Source: an uncultured Candidatus Saccharibacteria bacterium
GTDB lineage: Bacteria; Patescibacteriota; Minisyncoccia; GWC2-36-17; CAYHJU01
Direction: 5' to 3'
Assembly: GCA_964357175.1 (NCBI GenBank)
Contig: CAYHJU010000001.1
Span: forward strand, 32,871-96,870
Length of the DNA stretch: 64,000 nt
Shown: positions 20,420 through 30,110 of the stretch, piece after piece
How positions within the stretch are numbered: the first letter of the stretch is position 1
Layout of the letters: each line of letters starts with the position of its first letter
Program-made: the position numbers and the translations under genes
Notes under the pieces: generated by a model
Seen by the model: the letters and a program-made list of their open reading frames with translations, nothing else
What the model was told of the DNA's origin: nothing
Databases searched by the model: none

Positions 20420-20482
20420 ATGACAAATAAACAAATTTTTACCACCACTACTACAACGACTACAACCACTTTTAGTGGCTGA
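20420..20482 (+). CDS. thrL: thr operon leader peptide (Thr-codon rich), MTNKQIFTTTTTTTTTTFSG
   Basis: 20-codon ORF containing 11 Thr codons, 10 consecutive (ACC ACC ACT ACT ACA ACG ACT ACA ACC ACT). It sits between the promoter and a terminator hairpin, immediately upstream of the aspartokinase-homoserine dehydrogenase gene. Confidence 0.75.
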   Translation: MTNKQIFTTTTTTTTTTFSG

Positions 20483-20521
20483 GGTTTGTTGTTGAGATAT
20501 TTAAATATTATAAACACAACA

Positions 20522-20548
20522 GACCTTAGCCAAGAGGTCAATTTTTTT
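20522..20548 (+). terminator. attenuator terminator of the thr leader
   Basis: GACCTTagccAAGAGGTC hairpin followed by AATTTTTTT. The upstream GGTTTGTTG...CAACAGACC pairing can act as the alternative antiterminator and overlaps the terminator stem. Confidence 0.6.
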
Positions 20549-20561
20549 ACTTATTAAAATT

Positions 20562-23054
20562 ATGAAAATTCTAAAATTCGGCGGCTCATCTGTCGCTAAT
20601 GCGGAAAATATCAATAAAGTTATTCAAATTGTAATGCAATCACCCAAAAGGCGAAACGATATCGTCGTTGTGTCGGCTCTTGGCGGTGTTACGGACGATC
20701 TTATAAGGCTTGCCACTCTTGCCTCAAAAGGAGAAAGCGATTACGGATTACTATTTAAAAATCTTTGCAAGAAACACAACGAGGTCATAAAAAAATTAAT
20801 TAAGACTAAGAATCAAAAACAGGCGCTTGAAGAAGCGAAGAAAAAATATGACGAATTAGAAAAAATATTACAAGGTATTTTTCTTATAAAAGAACTTTCA
20901 TTGCGTTCACTGGATACGGTCATGAGTTTTGGTGAGCAATTATCAGCGCAGATCATTGGCGAAGCGATAAATAGCCGAGGTGTTGCGTGTAAATTTGTAG
21001 ATGCCCGAAATCTTATCAAAACGGATGACAATTTTGGTTCGGCGAATGTAGATGCCTTAAAAACACATAAGCTCATTTCAAATTATTTTAAGAAAAGCTC
21101 CATGCTTTCCATAATGGGCGGATTTATCGCCTCAAATAGCTCGGGAATAGTTACCACGCTTGGTCGGGGCGGTTCTGACTACAGCGCGTCTTTGATAGGG
21201 GCGGCGCTCAACGCCGCTGTGATCGAAATTTGGACTGATGTTGATGGTGTAATGACAGCAGATCCCCGTAAGGTAGAAAAGGCGTTTCCTCTTGCAGAAA
21301 TATCCTATGAGGAAGCAGGAGAGCTTGCGCATTTTGGCGCAAAAGTCATACATCCAAAAACTATGAAGCCGGCGCGATTAAAAAACATTCCTATTCTTAT
21401 TAAAAACACATTCAATCCGCAGGCTATAGGCACTAAAATAGGCAAGGGGAAGATCGGGCAGGCCTTCGCCTCGCCGATCCGCATCACGCCGAAGGTTTCG
21501 GTAGGGCGAGAGTGGCTTCGGCCATGCGAGCAGGATTTTCTCATCAAAGGAATATCTTCATTGAGCAATGTTTCTTTATTGCGTCTGCAATCTAATAATG
21601 GCAAAAACATAGGTGAAATTACGGCACAATTATTTGACGCATTGTGTAGATTTGATATTGAGGTTTTGCTCACTACCCAGTCATCGCACGAACAAGCACT
21701 TTCCATAGCGTTAAGCAGTAAGGAGGCTCAAAGGGCAAAAAATATTATTGAGCGGGCGTTTGAATTGGAGTTGCAAACACGACAAATGCTGCCTGTTTCT
21801 ATAAAAGAAAATCTTTCAATAGTCGCCATTGTGGGTAAACAAATGAAGGGTGTGCCAGGCATTTCGGGAAGACTATTTAACACTTTGGGAAATAATAAAA
21901 TTAATATAGTTGCTATCGCTCAAGGGTCGTCTGAATTAAACGTGTCGGCTGTAATTGGCGCAGAAGATGAAACAAGAGCGCTTCAAGTGATTCACGAGGC
22001 ATTTTTTGGCGCGGCTGATGAGACTGTCAGTCTTTTTCTTGTGGGGACAGGATTGATTGGATCAACATTGCTTACGCAAATAAAAAAACAAGAATCACAA
22101 ATTCGTCTGCGTGGTTTGGCAAACAGCCGATTTATGTTATTTGATGGGCAGGGCATTTCATTAGAAAGTTGGGAAAAACTTTTGCCGCAAGGAAAATCAA
22201 TGAACGTACAGAATTTTGTTGCCCAAATGACTGAATTGAATTTACCAAGAAGCGTGTTTGTGGATTGTACTGCCAGCGATGACATTGCTTCCTTGTATGA
22301 AAAAATTATCAGTGCCGGTATTGCCATTGTTACTCCAAACAAAAAGGCAAACTCCGGACCGTTTATGAGGTATCAAAGATTAAGAAATTTAACTAAAAAA
22401 AATCACACACCATTTCTTTATCAAACAAATGTAGGCGCTGGACTCCCGATTATTCACAGCATACAAAATCTTATTTCAAGTGGAGACGAAATACTCAAAA
22501 TAGAAGGCGTGCTTTCCGGAACATTGAGTTACATATTCAATACATTTTCAAAGAGCGATAAATTATTTAGTCAAATTGTTTCTGATGCGCAAAACAAGGG
22601 ATATACCGAGCCAGATCCTCGAGATGATTTGGGCGGCATGGATGTTGCTCGTAAAATTCTTATTCTGGCACGAGAAATTGGCCTAAAAATGGAAATGGGG
22701 CAAGTGCGCATTGAACAATTGCTGTCAAAGGAGTGTCTAGGGGCTAATTCAGTTGATAAATTTTTTACTGCGCTTAAAAAACTCGATAGTAGTTTTGAAA
22801 AAAGAAAAAGACAAGCGCAAAAAAATAACAAAACATTACGCTACATAGCATCACTACAAAAAGGCGGGGCGAGAATTTCTTTGCAAGAAATTGGTCAAGA
22901 TCATCCATTTTTCCATCTTGAGGGCAATGACAACATTGTTTCCATAACAACAAAACGATATAGCGCAACTCCGCTAGTTATTAAAGGGCCTGGAGCCGGA
23001 GCCGAAGTAACTGCCGGTGGCGTATTAGCTGGCGTTCTTAGTATATTTAACTAA
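20562..23054 (+). CDS. thrA: bifunctional aspartokinase / homoserine dehydrogenase
   Basis: N-terminal amino-acid kinase domain (KFGGSSV), ACT domains, C-terminal homoserine dehydrogenase; 830 aa. Confidence 0.9.
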   Translation: MKILKFGGSSVANAENINKVIQIVMQSPKRRNDIVVVSALGGVTDDLIRLATLASKGESDYGLLFKNLCKKHNEVIKKLIKTKNQKQALEEAKKKYDELEKILQGIFLIKELSLRSLDTVMSFGEQLSAQIIGEAINSRGVACKFVDARNLIKTDDNFGSANVDALKTHKLISNYFKKSSMLSIMGGFIASNSSGIVTTLGRGGSDYSASLIGAALNAAVIEIWTDVDGVMTADPRKVEKAFPLAEISYEEAGELAHFGAKVIHPKTMKPARLKNIPILIKNTFNPQAIGTKIGKGKIGQAFASPIRITPKVSVGREWLRPCEQDFLIKGISSLSNVSLLRLQSNNGKNIGEITAQLFDALCRFDIEVLLTTQSSHEQALSIALSSKEAQRAKNIIERAFELELQTRQMLPVSIKENLSIVAIVGKQMKGVPGISGRLFNTLGNNKINIVAIAQGSSELNVSAVIGAEDETRALQVIHEAFFGAADETVSLFLVGTGLIGSTLLTQIKKQESQIRLRGLANSRFMLFDGQGISLESWEKLLPQGKSMNVQNFVAQMTELNLPRSVFVDCTASDDIASLYEKIISAGIAIVTPNKKANSGPFMRYQRLRNLTKKNHTPFLYQTNVGAGLPIIHSIQNLISSGDEILKIEGVLSGTLSYIFNTFSKSDKLFSQIVSDAQNKGYTEPDPRDDLGGMDVARKILILAREIGLKMEMGQVRIEQLLSKECLGANSVDKFFTALKKLDSSFEKRKRQAQKNNKTLRYIASLQKGGARISLQEIGQDHPFFHLEGNDNIVSITTKRYSATPLVIKGPGAGAEVTAGGVLAGVLSIFN

Positions 23055-23060
23055 TTTTTT

Positions 23061-24152
23061 ATGGCAAAAATAAGCAATAAAATTCCAGTCGGCATACTTG
23101 GCGCAACCGGTATGGTTGGACAGCGTTTTATTTCGTTGCTGAAAAATCATCCCTACTTTGAAGTGGCGTGTCTTGCCGCTTCAGAGAGATCAGCGGGTAA
23201 AATATATAAAGAAGCAGTTTTGGGGCGATGGGCGCAAAAAGAATCTATACCACGCAACGTGAGCATGATGATGGTATATTCTATTGAAAATGATATAGAC
23301 ACCATTGCGCAAAAAGCCCGTTTTGTATTTTCAGCAATAGACGCAGAAAAAGAATTTATTAAAAAAATAGAAGAGGCATATGCCTCACGCGGTCTCCCTG
23401 TCGTTTCTAACAACTCGGCTCACAGATGGACAGAAGATGTGCCGATGATTATGCCTGAAATAAATCCCCAGCATCTCAATATCATTAACGCGCAAAGAAA
23501 AAAACGTGGCTGGACGACAGGATTTATTATCACCAAACCAAATTGTTCAATTCAATCTTATGTCCCACTACTTCATGCGTGGAAAAACTTCAAGCCCCAG
23601 AAAGTAATCGTCTCCACGTATCAGGCAATTTCTGGTGCGGGCAAAACATTTAAAACTTGGCCGGAAATGATTGACAATGTTATTCCATATATTGGTGGGG
23701 AAGAAGAAAAGTCAGAAAAAGAACCATCAAAAATTTGGGCAAATATTAAAGAGGGTAAATTTGAAATGGCAAACACGCCACAAATTTCAGCAAATTGCAT
23801 ACGGGTTCCCGTTTCGGACGGACACATGGCGGCAATCAATATACAATTTGCGAAAAAGGCAGACAAGAAACAACTCATTGAAGCGCTAAAAAAATTTAAA
23901 AATCCTTTGGACGTCTTAAATTTACCTTCTGCTCCGAAACCGTTTTTAACTTATTTTGAGGAAAACAATCGGCCACAAACACGTCTTGATAGAGATTTAC
24001 ACGGTGGTATGGGAATCAGTGTTGGCCGTTTAAGAGAGGATTCCGTTTTGAGCTGGAAGTGTGTTGCTCTATCACATAACACTCTACGGGGCGCCGCAGG
24101 TGGTAGCGTGCTCAATGCAGAACTGTTGGTAAAGCTGGGTTATATAAAGTAG
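23061..24152 (+). CDS. asd: aspartate-semialdehyde dehydrogenase
   Basis: GILGATGMVGQR Rossmann motif, active-site Cys context (NCS), C-terminal dimerisation domain. Confidence 0.9.
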   Translation: MAKISNKIPVGILGATGMVGQRFISLLKNHPYFEVACLAASERSAGKIYKEAVLGRWAQKESIPRNVSMMMVYSIENDIDTIAQKARFVFSAIDAEKEFIKKIEEAYASRGLPVVSNNSAHRWTEDVPMIMPEINPQHLNIINAQRKKRGWTTGFIITKPNCSIQSYVPLLHAWKNFKPQKVIVSTYQAISGAGKTFKTWPEMIDNVIPYIGGEEEKSEKEPSKIWANIKEGKFEMANTPQISANCIRVPVSDGHMAAINIQFAKKADKKQLIEALKKFKNPLDVLNLPSAPKPFLTYFEENNRPQTRLDRDLHGGMGISVGRLREDSVLSWKCVALSHNTLRGAAGGSVLNAELLVKLGYIK

Positions 24153-24157
24153 GGAAT

Positions 24158-24829
24158 ATGAAATTATCACAAAAACAATTTGATCAATTGTTGCAAAAAA
24201 ATAAATTGGTACTGAGCTTAATCGGCATGTCTAATATCGGCAAAACCCATTGGTCAAAAAAACTTACCAAGATTAATTTTAAGCACATCAATTGTGATGA
24301 TCTTGTTGAAGCAAAACTTGCCCTTGAGCTTAAAGCGTGCGGGCATTCTGGCATTAAGGACGTGTCTTTGTGGATGGGCCAGCCTTACGACAAAAGATTC
24401 CTCGTTTGCCAACAAAAATATTTGAAATTTGAAAAAGAGGTAATGAAACAAATATTTATGCAGATTGAGAGTAAAAAAGGACAAAATATTGTTATTGATA
24501 CGACCGGTAGTTTTGTGCACGCTGGCACTAGCGCGTGTTCTCAATTAAAAAAACATACGCTGGTGATCTATATTGAGGCGAGGGATTCTGTGAAGGAGAA
24601 AATGTTTGAACGATATATCAAAAAACCAAAGCCCGTTGTATTTGGAGATGTTTTTGCTCCAAAAAAGGGAGAAACAAATAAGCGGGCTCTTAAAAGATGT
24701 TATTTGAAATTGCTTGATCTGCGCAGTAATCTATATGATCAATGCGCGGATATTAGTATCTCTTGTGAAATTATCAGCCAAGATATGGACGCCAAACAAT
24801 TTATTTCACTAATAAGAAAATCTTTATGA
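24158..24829 (+). CDS. P-loop kinase of the shikimate-kinase/NMP-kinase-like fold (function unknown; occupies the thrB position)
   Basis: Walker A GMSNIGKT followed by a CDDLVE Asp motif, ~220 aa. Stop overlaps the thrC start (ATGA), so it is translationally coupled within thrA-asd-X-thrC. Confidence 0.55.
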   Translation: MKLSQKQFDQLLQKNKLVLSLIGMSNIGKTHWSKKLTKINFKHINCDDLVEAKLALELKACGHSGIKDVSLWMGQPYDKRFLVCQQKYLKFEKEVMKQIFMQIESKKGQNIVIDTTGSFVHAGTSACSQLKKHTLVIYIEARDSVKEKMFERYIKKPKPVVFGDVFAPKKGETNKRALKRCYLKLLDLRSNLYDQCADISISCEIISQDMDAKQFISLIRKSL

Positions 24830-26124
24830 AATTTTATAGCACGAAACACAGTGGCCCAGAAGTTGAGCTGAAAGAGGCTGTAATGAGCGGCCTTGCTCCG
24901 GATGGGGGCCTATATATGCCGAGCGCTATACCAAAGCTTGAGAGTGATTTTTTTGAGCAGGCAGACAAAATGTCTTTTATGGACATCGCTTTTGAGGTGG
25001 GCGAGCGTTTTTTTGCTCCGGATGTGCCGGAGGGCATTCTGCGCCCTATCATCAATGAGTCGTTTAATTTCGAAGTGCCTCTTGTGGAATTGGATAAAAA
25101 TCTTCACGTGCTGGAATTATTTCATGGCCCTACACTTGCGTTTAAAGATTTTGGCGCTCGTTTTATGGCGCGCTTGCTCGGTTATTTTGCGCGACAATCC
25201 CAAAAGAAAATAACGATACTTGTTGCGACATCAGGAGATACAGGAGGCGCGGTCGCGCATGGATTTTTTAATGTAGACGGCATTCAGGTGGTTATTTTGT
25301 ATCCCAGTAAAAAAGTTAGCGCTTTACAAGAAAAACAATTAACAACTATGGGCGGAAACATCAGGGCGCTTGAAGTTCAGGGAAATTTTGATGATTGTCA
25401 ACAAATGGCGAAACAGGCCTTTCTTGACGAAGATCTAAAACAAGCCATGATGCTGGTCTCGGCAAACTCTATTAACATCGCGCGCTTGTTGCCTCAATCA
25501 TTCTATTTTGTTTATCTTTGCGCAAAATTAAACAAACTGGGCAAACCAATCGTAGCTTCTGTTCCTAGTGGCAATTTTGGCAATCTGAGCGCCGGACTTA
25601 TTGCCAAAAAGATGGGCGCGCCGATTCATAAATTTGTCGCCTCAACAAATCGAAATGACATAGTGCCACAATATTTAAAAACAGGCCATTTTGAGGCCAG
25701 ATCGTCTGTTTCCACCATTTCTAATGCCATGGATGTCGGTAATCCAAGCAATTTTGCAAGGATGCTGGAATTATACGACTCTAATGTTGAGAAAATGAAG
25801 CATGACGTATACGGTGTAAGTTTTTCGGACACACAGACAAAAGAAGCGATGGCAGAAGTGTTCAAGAAGTATAATTATATAATGGATCCTCACGGGGCAG
25901 TCGCGTATTTGGGCCTTTGCGATTATCTAAAAAGCTCCGATGAATCTTCGGGAGTGTTTTTGGAAACCGCTCATCCCGCAAAATTTTCTGATATTGTAGA
26001 GCAAGCCATTGGCGTGGCACCACCCATGCTAGACAGGCTCAAGGCATATCTTAGTCGTGAAAAACAATCAACTTTGATAGAGAATAAATTTTCTGACCTA
26101 AAAGAATTTCTTCTGAATCAATAA
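24826..26124 (+). CDS. thrC: threonine synthase
   Basis: PLP-lysine motif HGPTLAFKDFG; fold-type II PLP enzyme; 432 aa. Confidence 0.9.
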   Translation: MKFYSTKHSGPEVELKEAVMSGLAPDGGLYMPSAIPKLESDFFEQADKMSFMDIAFEVGERFFAPDVPEGILRPIINESFNFEVPLVELDKNLHVLELFHGPTLAFKDFGARFMARLLGYFARQSQKKITILVATSGDTGGAVAHGFFNVDGIQVVILYPSKKVSALQEKQLTTMGGNIRALEVQGNFDDCQQMAKQAFLDEDLKQAMMLVSANSINIARLLPQSFYFVYLCAKLNKLGKPIVASVPSGNFGNLSAGLIAKKMGAPIHKFVASTNRNDIVPQYLKTGHFEARSSVSTISNAMDVGNPSNFARMLELYDSNVEKMKHDVYGVSFSDTQTKEAMAEVFKKYNYIMDPHGAVAYLGLCDYLKSSDESSGVFLETAHPAKFSDIVEQAIGVAPPMLDRLKAYLSREKQSTLIENKFSDLKEFLLNQ

Positions 26125-26304
26125 ATACGATGCGAGAAAATATGATCGGCTGGTTTTGTGCATAATTTTTTGTTAAAATATGTTTGAATGTGATTGTAAG
26201 GTCGCATTAAATTCTGACAGACCATTTGCAACATTTTTAAAAATCTAATAATATAGGAGCAGACGACAGCTCCTTAAAATTTAAAAATCAAGCGGAGAAA
26301 AACC

Positions 26305-27027
26305 ATGACAAACGAAAAACCAAGCGTAAAAATAGTCGTAATGTTTATGGGAAAACCGGGGGCCGGAAAAGGCACCCAGGCAGATTCTTTGGTTGAAAAA
26401 TATGGACTTGTACATTTTAATACCGGTGATGAAATTCGTCACAGAGTTTACAGCCCTCAAAACGAAGAAGATGAAAAAGAGCGTGATCTTTACAATTCTG
26501 GTCAATTAAACAGTTTTCCGTGGGTAGCAAAACTGGTAACGGAAAATTCTCACAAATATTTTGAAGAAGGTGGGGGGTTGGTTTTTTCTGGATCTCCTAG
26601 GTCTTTGTATGAAGCTGAAATATTGATTCCTCAACTAATTAGTGATTATGGAAAAGAAAGCGTTGTGGTTATTCTGCTTGACGTAGATGATGAGGACTCG
26701 GTAATCAGAAATTCTAAGCGCATTACTTGTGACAAGTGCGGGTTTACCATGGGACTAACTCAAGCCATGGAAGATGGGATTGAGCCGACACCAACACAGT
26801 GTCCAAAATGCGGCGGCATGCTAATCAAAAGAGTTTTAGACAGCGAGGAAAAAATTCGCAACGAACGTTTGCCTGCCTACAAAAAAAACACCGAGCCGGT
26901 GCTGGACTATATGCGTCAGCAGGGAATTTTGCGAGAAGTAGATGGTCGTCCATCTCAAGAAACCGTTTATCTCAAGGTTTTGGAAATCGTTTCTCCCATG
27001 GCAGAAAAGTTCGAGCTTAAGGATTAA
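26305..27027 (+). CDS. adk: adenylate kinase (zinc-lid type)
   Basis: GKPGAGKGTQ P-loop and lid CDKCG...CPKCGG. Confidence 0.9.
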   Translation: MTNEKPSVKIVVMFMGKPGAGKGTQADSLVEKYGLVHFNTGDEIRHRVYSPQNEEDEKERDLYNSGQLNSFPWVAKLVTENSHKYFEEGGGLVFSGSPRSLYEAEILIPQLISDYGKESVVVILLDVDDEDSVIRNSKRITCDKCGFTMGLTQAMEDGIEPTPTQCPKCGGMLIKRVLDSEEKIRNERLPAYKKNTEPVLDYMRQQGILREVDGRPSQETVYLKVLEIVSPMAEKFELKD

Positions 27028-27088
27028 TTTGCCAATTTTGTTAAGAAAAACTATAATAAAACCACTCTTTATGGGGTGGTTTTTTCAT

Positions 27089-27856
27089 ATGGCATATTCT
27101 ATTAAATCGTCAAAAGATATAGAAATTTTAAAAGAGGGAGGAAAAATTCTGGCCCATGTTTTGGATATTTTAGAAAAAGCATCAGAACCAGGAATGACCA
27201 CCATGGAATTAAATATGCTTACAGAAAAAGAAATTAAAATTTGCGGTGGCAAGCCGTCATTTTTAAATTATCGCGCTCCCGGAGCGGAGGGCCGTAGATT
27301 TCCCGCGGCGCTGTGCACCTCTTTAAATTCAGAGGTCGTGCATGGGGTGCCTTCCGGCTATGTTTTAAAAGAAGGCGATCTTTTAAAAATTGACTGCGGA
27401 TTGTGGTTTAAAAATTTATGTACTGATTCGGCTCGCACAGTTTTTATTGGGCAAAATCCCGACCCAAAATCACAAAAACTTATTAACGTCACCCGCGAAT
27501 CTTTAATGCTGGGAATTCAAGGGGCGCTGGAAGGCAACAGGATGGGGGATATCGGCTGGGCGATTGAAAGCCATCTTCAAAAAAACGGATTTTCTGTTAT
27601 TAAAGAGTTGGTGGGACATGGGGTCGGATATAGCGTGCACGAAGATCCTAATGTTCCAAATTACGGCTCAAAAGGCAAGGGTCTTTTATTAAAAGAGGGC
27701 ATGGTTTTAGCGATAGAGCCAATGGCGAGCGAGGGCGGATCTTCTATACGACTGGGAGGCCCTTTTGAATTTGTGACAGCAGACAATTCTCGCGCGGCGC
27801 ACTTTGAGCATACAATAGCCATCACTAAAAAGGGTCCTGTGATACTAACACAATAA
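27089..27856 (+). CDS. map: methionine aminopeptidase type I
   Basis: Metal-binding D, D, H, E, E pattern (pita-bread fold). Start set at the internal ATG (MAYSIKSS) to avoid overlapping adk. Confidence 0.85.
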   Translation: MAYSIKSSKDIEILKEGGKILAHVLDILEKASEPGMTTMELNMLTEKEIKICGGKPSFLNYRAPGAEGRRFPAALCTSLNSEVVHGVPSGYVLKEGDLLKIDCGLWFKNLCTDSARTVFIGQNPDPKSQKLINVTRESLMLGIQGALEGNRMGDIGWAIESHLQKNGFSVIKELVGHGVGYSVHEDPNVPNYGSKGKGLLLKEGMVLAIEPMASEGGSSIRLGGPFEFVTADNSRAAHFEHTIAITKKGPVILTQ

Positions 27857-27859
27857 AAT

Positions 27860-28249
27860 ATGGTAGAAAAATTAAAAAAATATTTAGGTATTGATTTTGG
27901 CTCAAAAAGAATTGGCCTGGCCTTGGCAGATGAAAAAAATCGAATAGCAACGCCATTTGAAGTTTATGAAAATGGCGATGATGTCATCGGAAAAATAATA
28001 GATCTCTGCTTAGAGGAAAATATTGTAAAAATTATAGTAGGCATACCGCTCAATTTTAAAATGAAAAAAACCCAGCAGTCGTTTGAAGTTGAAAAGTTCA
28101 TCCAAGAACTTCAAGGGGCCGTTTCTTGTCCTATAGAAACGGAAAATGAAATATTTACTTCAAAAATTTCAGAAAGAGGCAAAAACAAGAAAATAGACTC
28201 TTCCTCTGCCGCGCTAATACTTCAGAGTTGGCTGGATAAAAAAAGATAA
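27860..28249 (+). CDS. ruvX: Holliday-junction resolvase-like RuvX/YqgF
   Basis: LGIDFGSKRIGLALAD N-terminal motif; ~130 aa. Confidence 0.85.
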   Translation: MVEKLKKYLGIDFGSKRIGLALADEKNRIATPFEVYENGDDVIGKIIDLCLEENIVKIIVGIPLNFKMKKTQQSFEVEKFIQELQGAVSCPIETENEIFTSKISERGKNKKIDSSSAALILQSWLDKKR

Positions 28250-28310
28250 AATCGGCGCTTATTTATGTTATAATTTCTATATAATAAATATCAAAATAGC
28301 ACTATTAAAT

Positions 28311-29060
28311 ATGGATGGAAAAATATTTTTATCAATAATCATTCCCGCCTACAAAGAAAGTAAGCGTATTGGGTCAACTTTGTCAGAGATAAAAAACTAT
28401 GTGGATTCCAAAGACTATGTATCGGAGGTTTTGGTGGTGGTTGACGGTTCTCCTGACGACACCGCCGAAGTGGCAAAAAGTTATGCTGATAAAATTAAAA
28501 ACTTCAGGGTGTTTAATAATCCGCAAAACCACGGTAAGGGCTATGTGGTCAGACAGGGCCTTCTTGAGGCAAAAGGAGAGGCGCGCTTGTTTTTAGATGC
28601 GGACGGATCAACCTCAATATCTCATTTAGATCCGTTTTTAGAAGAAATGAAGAAGGGCTGCGACGTTATCATTGGCTCTAGAAAAATTAAGGATGCCTAT
28701 ATTCAGATTCACCAACCATTTTTTCGAGAAGTCATGGGTAGCGCGGGGAATTGGCTCATAAGAATAGTTTTGGGACTTTGGAATTATCCTGACACCCAAT
28801 GTGGATTTAAATTACTTAGCGGCAGGGCGGCTGAGGCAATAGCTGGTCGTATGGTGGTGGATCGTTTTGGATTTGATTTTGAACTTTTGGTTTTGGCTAA
28901 AAAATTAGGATTTAAAATAAAACAGATGCCTATTCGGTGGCTCAACGAAGAGGGCTCCACCGTGGGGCTCACAGGACCCAACGGATTTATTCAGGTTTTA
29001 GTAGATCTTTTTAAAACCAGGGCGCGGCTTTGTCTTGGCAAATACCACTTGAATAAATAA
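28311..29060 (+). CDS. family 2 glycosyltransferase (polyprenyl-phosphate glycosyltransferase-like)
   Basis: SIIIPAYKE N-terminus and DxD (LDADG) motif; GT-A fold. Confidence 0.8.
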   Translation: MDGKIFLSIIIPAYKESKRIGSTLSEIKNYVDSKDYVSEVLVVVDGSPDDTAEVAKSYADKIKNFRVFNNPQNHGKGYVVRQGLLEAKGEARLFLDADGSTSISHLDPFLEEMKKGCDVIIGSRKIKDAYIQIHQPFFREVMGSAGNWLIRIVLGLWNYPDTQCGFKLLSGRAAEAIAGRMVVDRFGFDFELLVLAKKLGFKIKQMPIRWLNEEGSTVGLTGPNGFIQVLVDLFKTRARLCLGKYHLNK

Positions 29061-29078
29061 TAGGCAGATTCCATTTAA

Positions 29079-30110
29079 ATGAAAAAACTTGATATAAAAA
29101 ACAGTTTGGGACAAATTTCTGAGTTAAGAAAAGACCTAGTATCGGGAAGCTGGGTTATTATTGCCCCCAAAAGAACACAACGCCCATTCAATTTTAAGGG
29201 GGTGCCTGTATTTAAACGATTAAAAAATTCTATCAAAAATTGTCCGTTTGAAGATCCACAGCTTTCCGGACACGAAGCGCCATCCTTGATTTTAAAAAGC
29301 GATAAAAATAAAAATCAATGGGCAATTCAGGTAGTAAAAAATAAATATCCGGCATTAGATGGTGGCACACAAAAGATAAAACACGATGGACCCTATGAAT
29401 TTAAAGACGGTATCGGGGTTCATGAAATCGTCATTTTAAAAGATCATAATAAAAATTTATACCAGCTTTCCGTCGGTCAGGTGGGTGAGCTTGTCAGGGC
29501 TTATGTCTTGCGTTATCAGGAGCTGTCTCTTCTTCCTTATATCTCCTACATTTCCATTTTTCACAACAGCGGTCCGAGTGCGGGCGCCTCAATTGAACAT
29601 CCGCACTCGCAAATTATGGCGCTACCTATCATTCCTCCTGATGTAGGGCGTAGTATCCGCGGTTCTTTAAATTTTCACCGCAAAACGAGAAAATGCGTGC
29701 ATTGCGTTATGATTGATTTTGAAAAAAAATCAAAAAAGCGCGTAGTTTTTGAAAATAAAAAGTTTATAGCATTCGCGCCTTTTGCTTCAAATCAATCATT
29801 TGAAGTGAGGATTTTCCCTAAAAAACACTCTCCGCAGTTTGAATTTATGAGCGCGGAAGATATTAAATATTTTTCCGATATTTTAAGCGCGGTGCTTAAA
29901 AAAATCAGCAAAGCCCTAGGTGGTCCGGATTACAATTTTTTTATTCACACCGCACCTGTTGCCGCGTTTTATTACACGCATTATCATTGGCATTTGGAGA
30001 TTTTACCTAAAAGGGGGACCTATGCCGGACTGGAGCTTAGTACGGATGTTATTATTGTCTCTATCTCGCCCGAGGATGCCGCTAAAATTTTAAAAAATAC
30101 CAAAATATGA
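29079..30110 (+). CDS. galT: galactose-1-phosphate uridylyltransferase-like (HIT superfamily)
   Basis: CPFE/CxxC zinc motif and HPHSQ active-site His-x-His-x-Gln. Confidence 0.7.
   Translation: MKKLDIKNSLGQISELRKDLVSGSWVIIAPKRTQRPFNFKGVPVFKRLKNSIKNCPFEDPQLSGHEAPSLILKSDKNKNQWAIQVVKNKYPALDGGTQKIKHDGPYEFKDGIGVHEIVILKDHNKNLYQLSVGQVGELVRAYVLRYQELSLLPYISYISIFHNSGPSAGASIEHPHSQIMALPIIPPDVGRSIRGSLNFHRKTRKCVHCVMIDFEKKSKKRVVFENKKFIAFAPFASNQSFEVRIFPKKHSPQFEFMSAEDIKYFSDILSAVLKKISKALGGPDYNFFIHTAPVAAFYYTHYHWHLEILPKRGTYAGLELSTDVIIVSISPEDAAKILKNTKI

Noticed and set aside
20311-20541. Minus-strand 76-aa ORF containing a VVVVVVVVV run
   Set aside because: It is the antisense of the plus-strand Thr-rich leader peptide and attenuator, and has no independent coding support.
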